Below are positions 62,547 to 64,000 of a stretch of DNA of 64,000 nt, one piece after another (within the stretch, counting starts at the first letter, position 1; each line of letters begins with the position of its first letter). Both the position numbers and the translations under genes were made by a program. The notes under the pieces are model-generated. The model ran no database searches. It was given only the letters and a program-made list of their open reading frames with translations, and was not told where the DNA came from. This DNA comes from the human T2T-CHM13v2.0 reference genome, Homo sapiens. The stretch lies in the NCBI RefSeq assembly GCF_009914755.1, contig NC_060941.1; one strand, written 5' to 3'.

Positions 62547-64000
62547 CGAAACCCACAGTATCTCTAAAGCAGTTATTTACCTTACTACAATATTTGTTTC
62601 TTTTAGGCAATGGGCCCATACTGATTTCCACAATTTATTAAAATTGGATATTCAAAAAATTATTTTTAAAATAAGCTTAAACTGTCAAGGGGTCACAGAG
62701 AAAAAAAAAAGTGTATCATACCGGCTAGCCTAAATGGGAGTATGGACACAAAGAGATGAAGGCCAGATTTCCAATGTGATTGACTTTTCTAACATATTCT
62801 CGGTGATGAGAACACATCCCAGGACATAGGCCAAGCTTTTCTAAATAGAGCATTTCCCAAAGCTGTGCCCTTGGTGTCAACACCTTTGAGACTTGAGTCA
62901 GAGAGAGAGCCCATCTGTACACATAGCCTCCACCCACCTTCAGCTTATCCTGTAAGCAAAGTATAGTTGAGTCAGCTCTCAGCACCTGTCTTAATAATTT
63001 GGAGGGCATGCAATCTGCCTTTCTCTATGTGCAACTCACAAGAAAAAGCCAGAAAACTGCTATGGCTTTAGATTTCAGTGTCCTAGGGCTCATGGGCAGT
63101 ATCTATTATCTTTTCTAACAGAGCTTGGAAACACAACCACCAAAACAGTCAGGAAGGGCTTGAGATGGGCTAGGAAGACCTCTTCTTTCCAAACAACTAG
63201 CTATTACTCATTTACCTTGAGAAGATCAGCAAAGAATACAAACAGAATCTTCTCACATCCTGATTTATCCAGTGAAAACCATATGTAGACCATCCTGCCC
63301 CTTCTTTTCCTACAACCTCTCAGAAACAATTAGTAGAAAGAATGGACGAGATCAAAATGAGAGGAGAACATTCCTTTAACCTCTGCTCTGTACCTGGCAC
63401 TGTGCTGGTAGATACCTTCATATGTATTTAATCCTCACAAGAATTCTACAAGCAAGGGGATATTGTCCCCATTTTATGGATAAGGAAGTAAGGATTAGAG
63501 AAAACAGGTGACTTGTCTGAGGCCCACAGCTAAGTGTTTCTGGCAGAGATCATTAGTGTTCATCCACACCCATGTGCATATTCATAGTTTCTAGTCTTCC
63601 TTGCAGTAGTGTTGGTCATGTGATTGAGTTCCGGAATGCAGACAGAAGCAATTCCCCCCACTTCTCAGCTGGACCCCTGAAATATCTTGCATATTCCTGT
63701 CCCTGTGACCAGAAGCAAAAGACTCCACAATGACCGAGCCAGAGAAGACAAAAAGAGCCAGGATCTTTGAGTCATCCCTTGGAGGAGAGACTGCCATCTT
63801 TTTGAATTATTACGCAATTGATATTCTCAAGTGTATTTATTACTAAAACATGACCTAAAGTACTCTTACTTCTACAAAGATCCCATTTAAAGAGGGTCCC
63901 TGATACTCTAGTGGAGGATCTTTGAAGCAATGGGAGCCAAATATTACACAGGTTCACTGTGACCAGTAGAACATCCAAGCCAGTGAAACTACTTCAAAAT

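Overview
Human (primate) genomic DNA spanning the complete SOX9 locus (17q24.3 by established knowledge). The only supportable protein-coding gene is SOX9 on the + strand: three GT-AG exons, CDS 20596-21026, 21923-22176 and 22747-23591, giving 1530 nt and 509 aa. It has a TATA/CCAAT/CRE promoter in a CpG island and a ~2 kb 3'UTR. The ~20 kb upstream includes a SOX/NR5A1 motif-dense region at the expected distance of the TES/TESCO enhancer. The ~38 kb downstream is gene desert rich in Alu, MIR, L2, L1, LTR and hAT repeats. I see no novel protein-coding system, CRISPR array, tRNA or rRNA. The best leads are non-coding: (1) a ~0.5 kb inverted duplication at 37.7-40.3 kb that keeps an octamer block and is dated by an Alu insertion; (2) a perfect spacer-less 98-bp palindromic microsatellite between inverted Alus at 54.2 kb; (3) a ~630 nt in-phase GAA/GGA polypurine tract at 45.9-46.5 kb; (4) a distributed POU/SOX-OCT motif set, with both compressed and canonical SOX-OCT composites; (5) post-transcriptional features of SOX9 (latent GTG uORF, weak Kozak context, cryptic acceptor in the 5'UTR, miR-30 site overlapping the poly(A) signal). 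Repeat boundaries and family calls were made by eye and are approximate.
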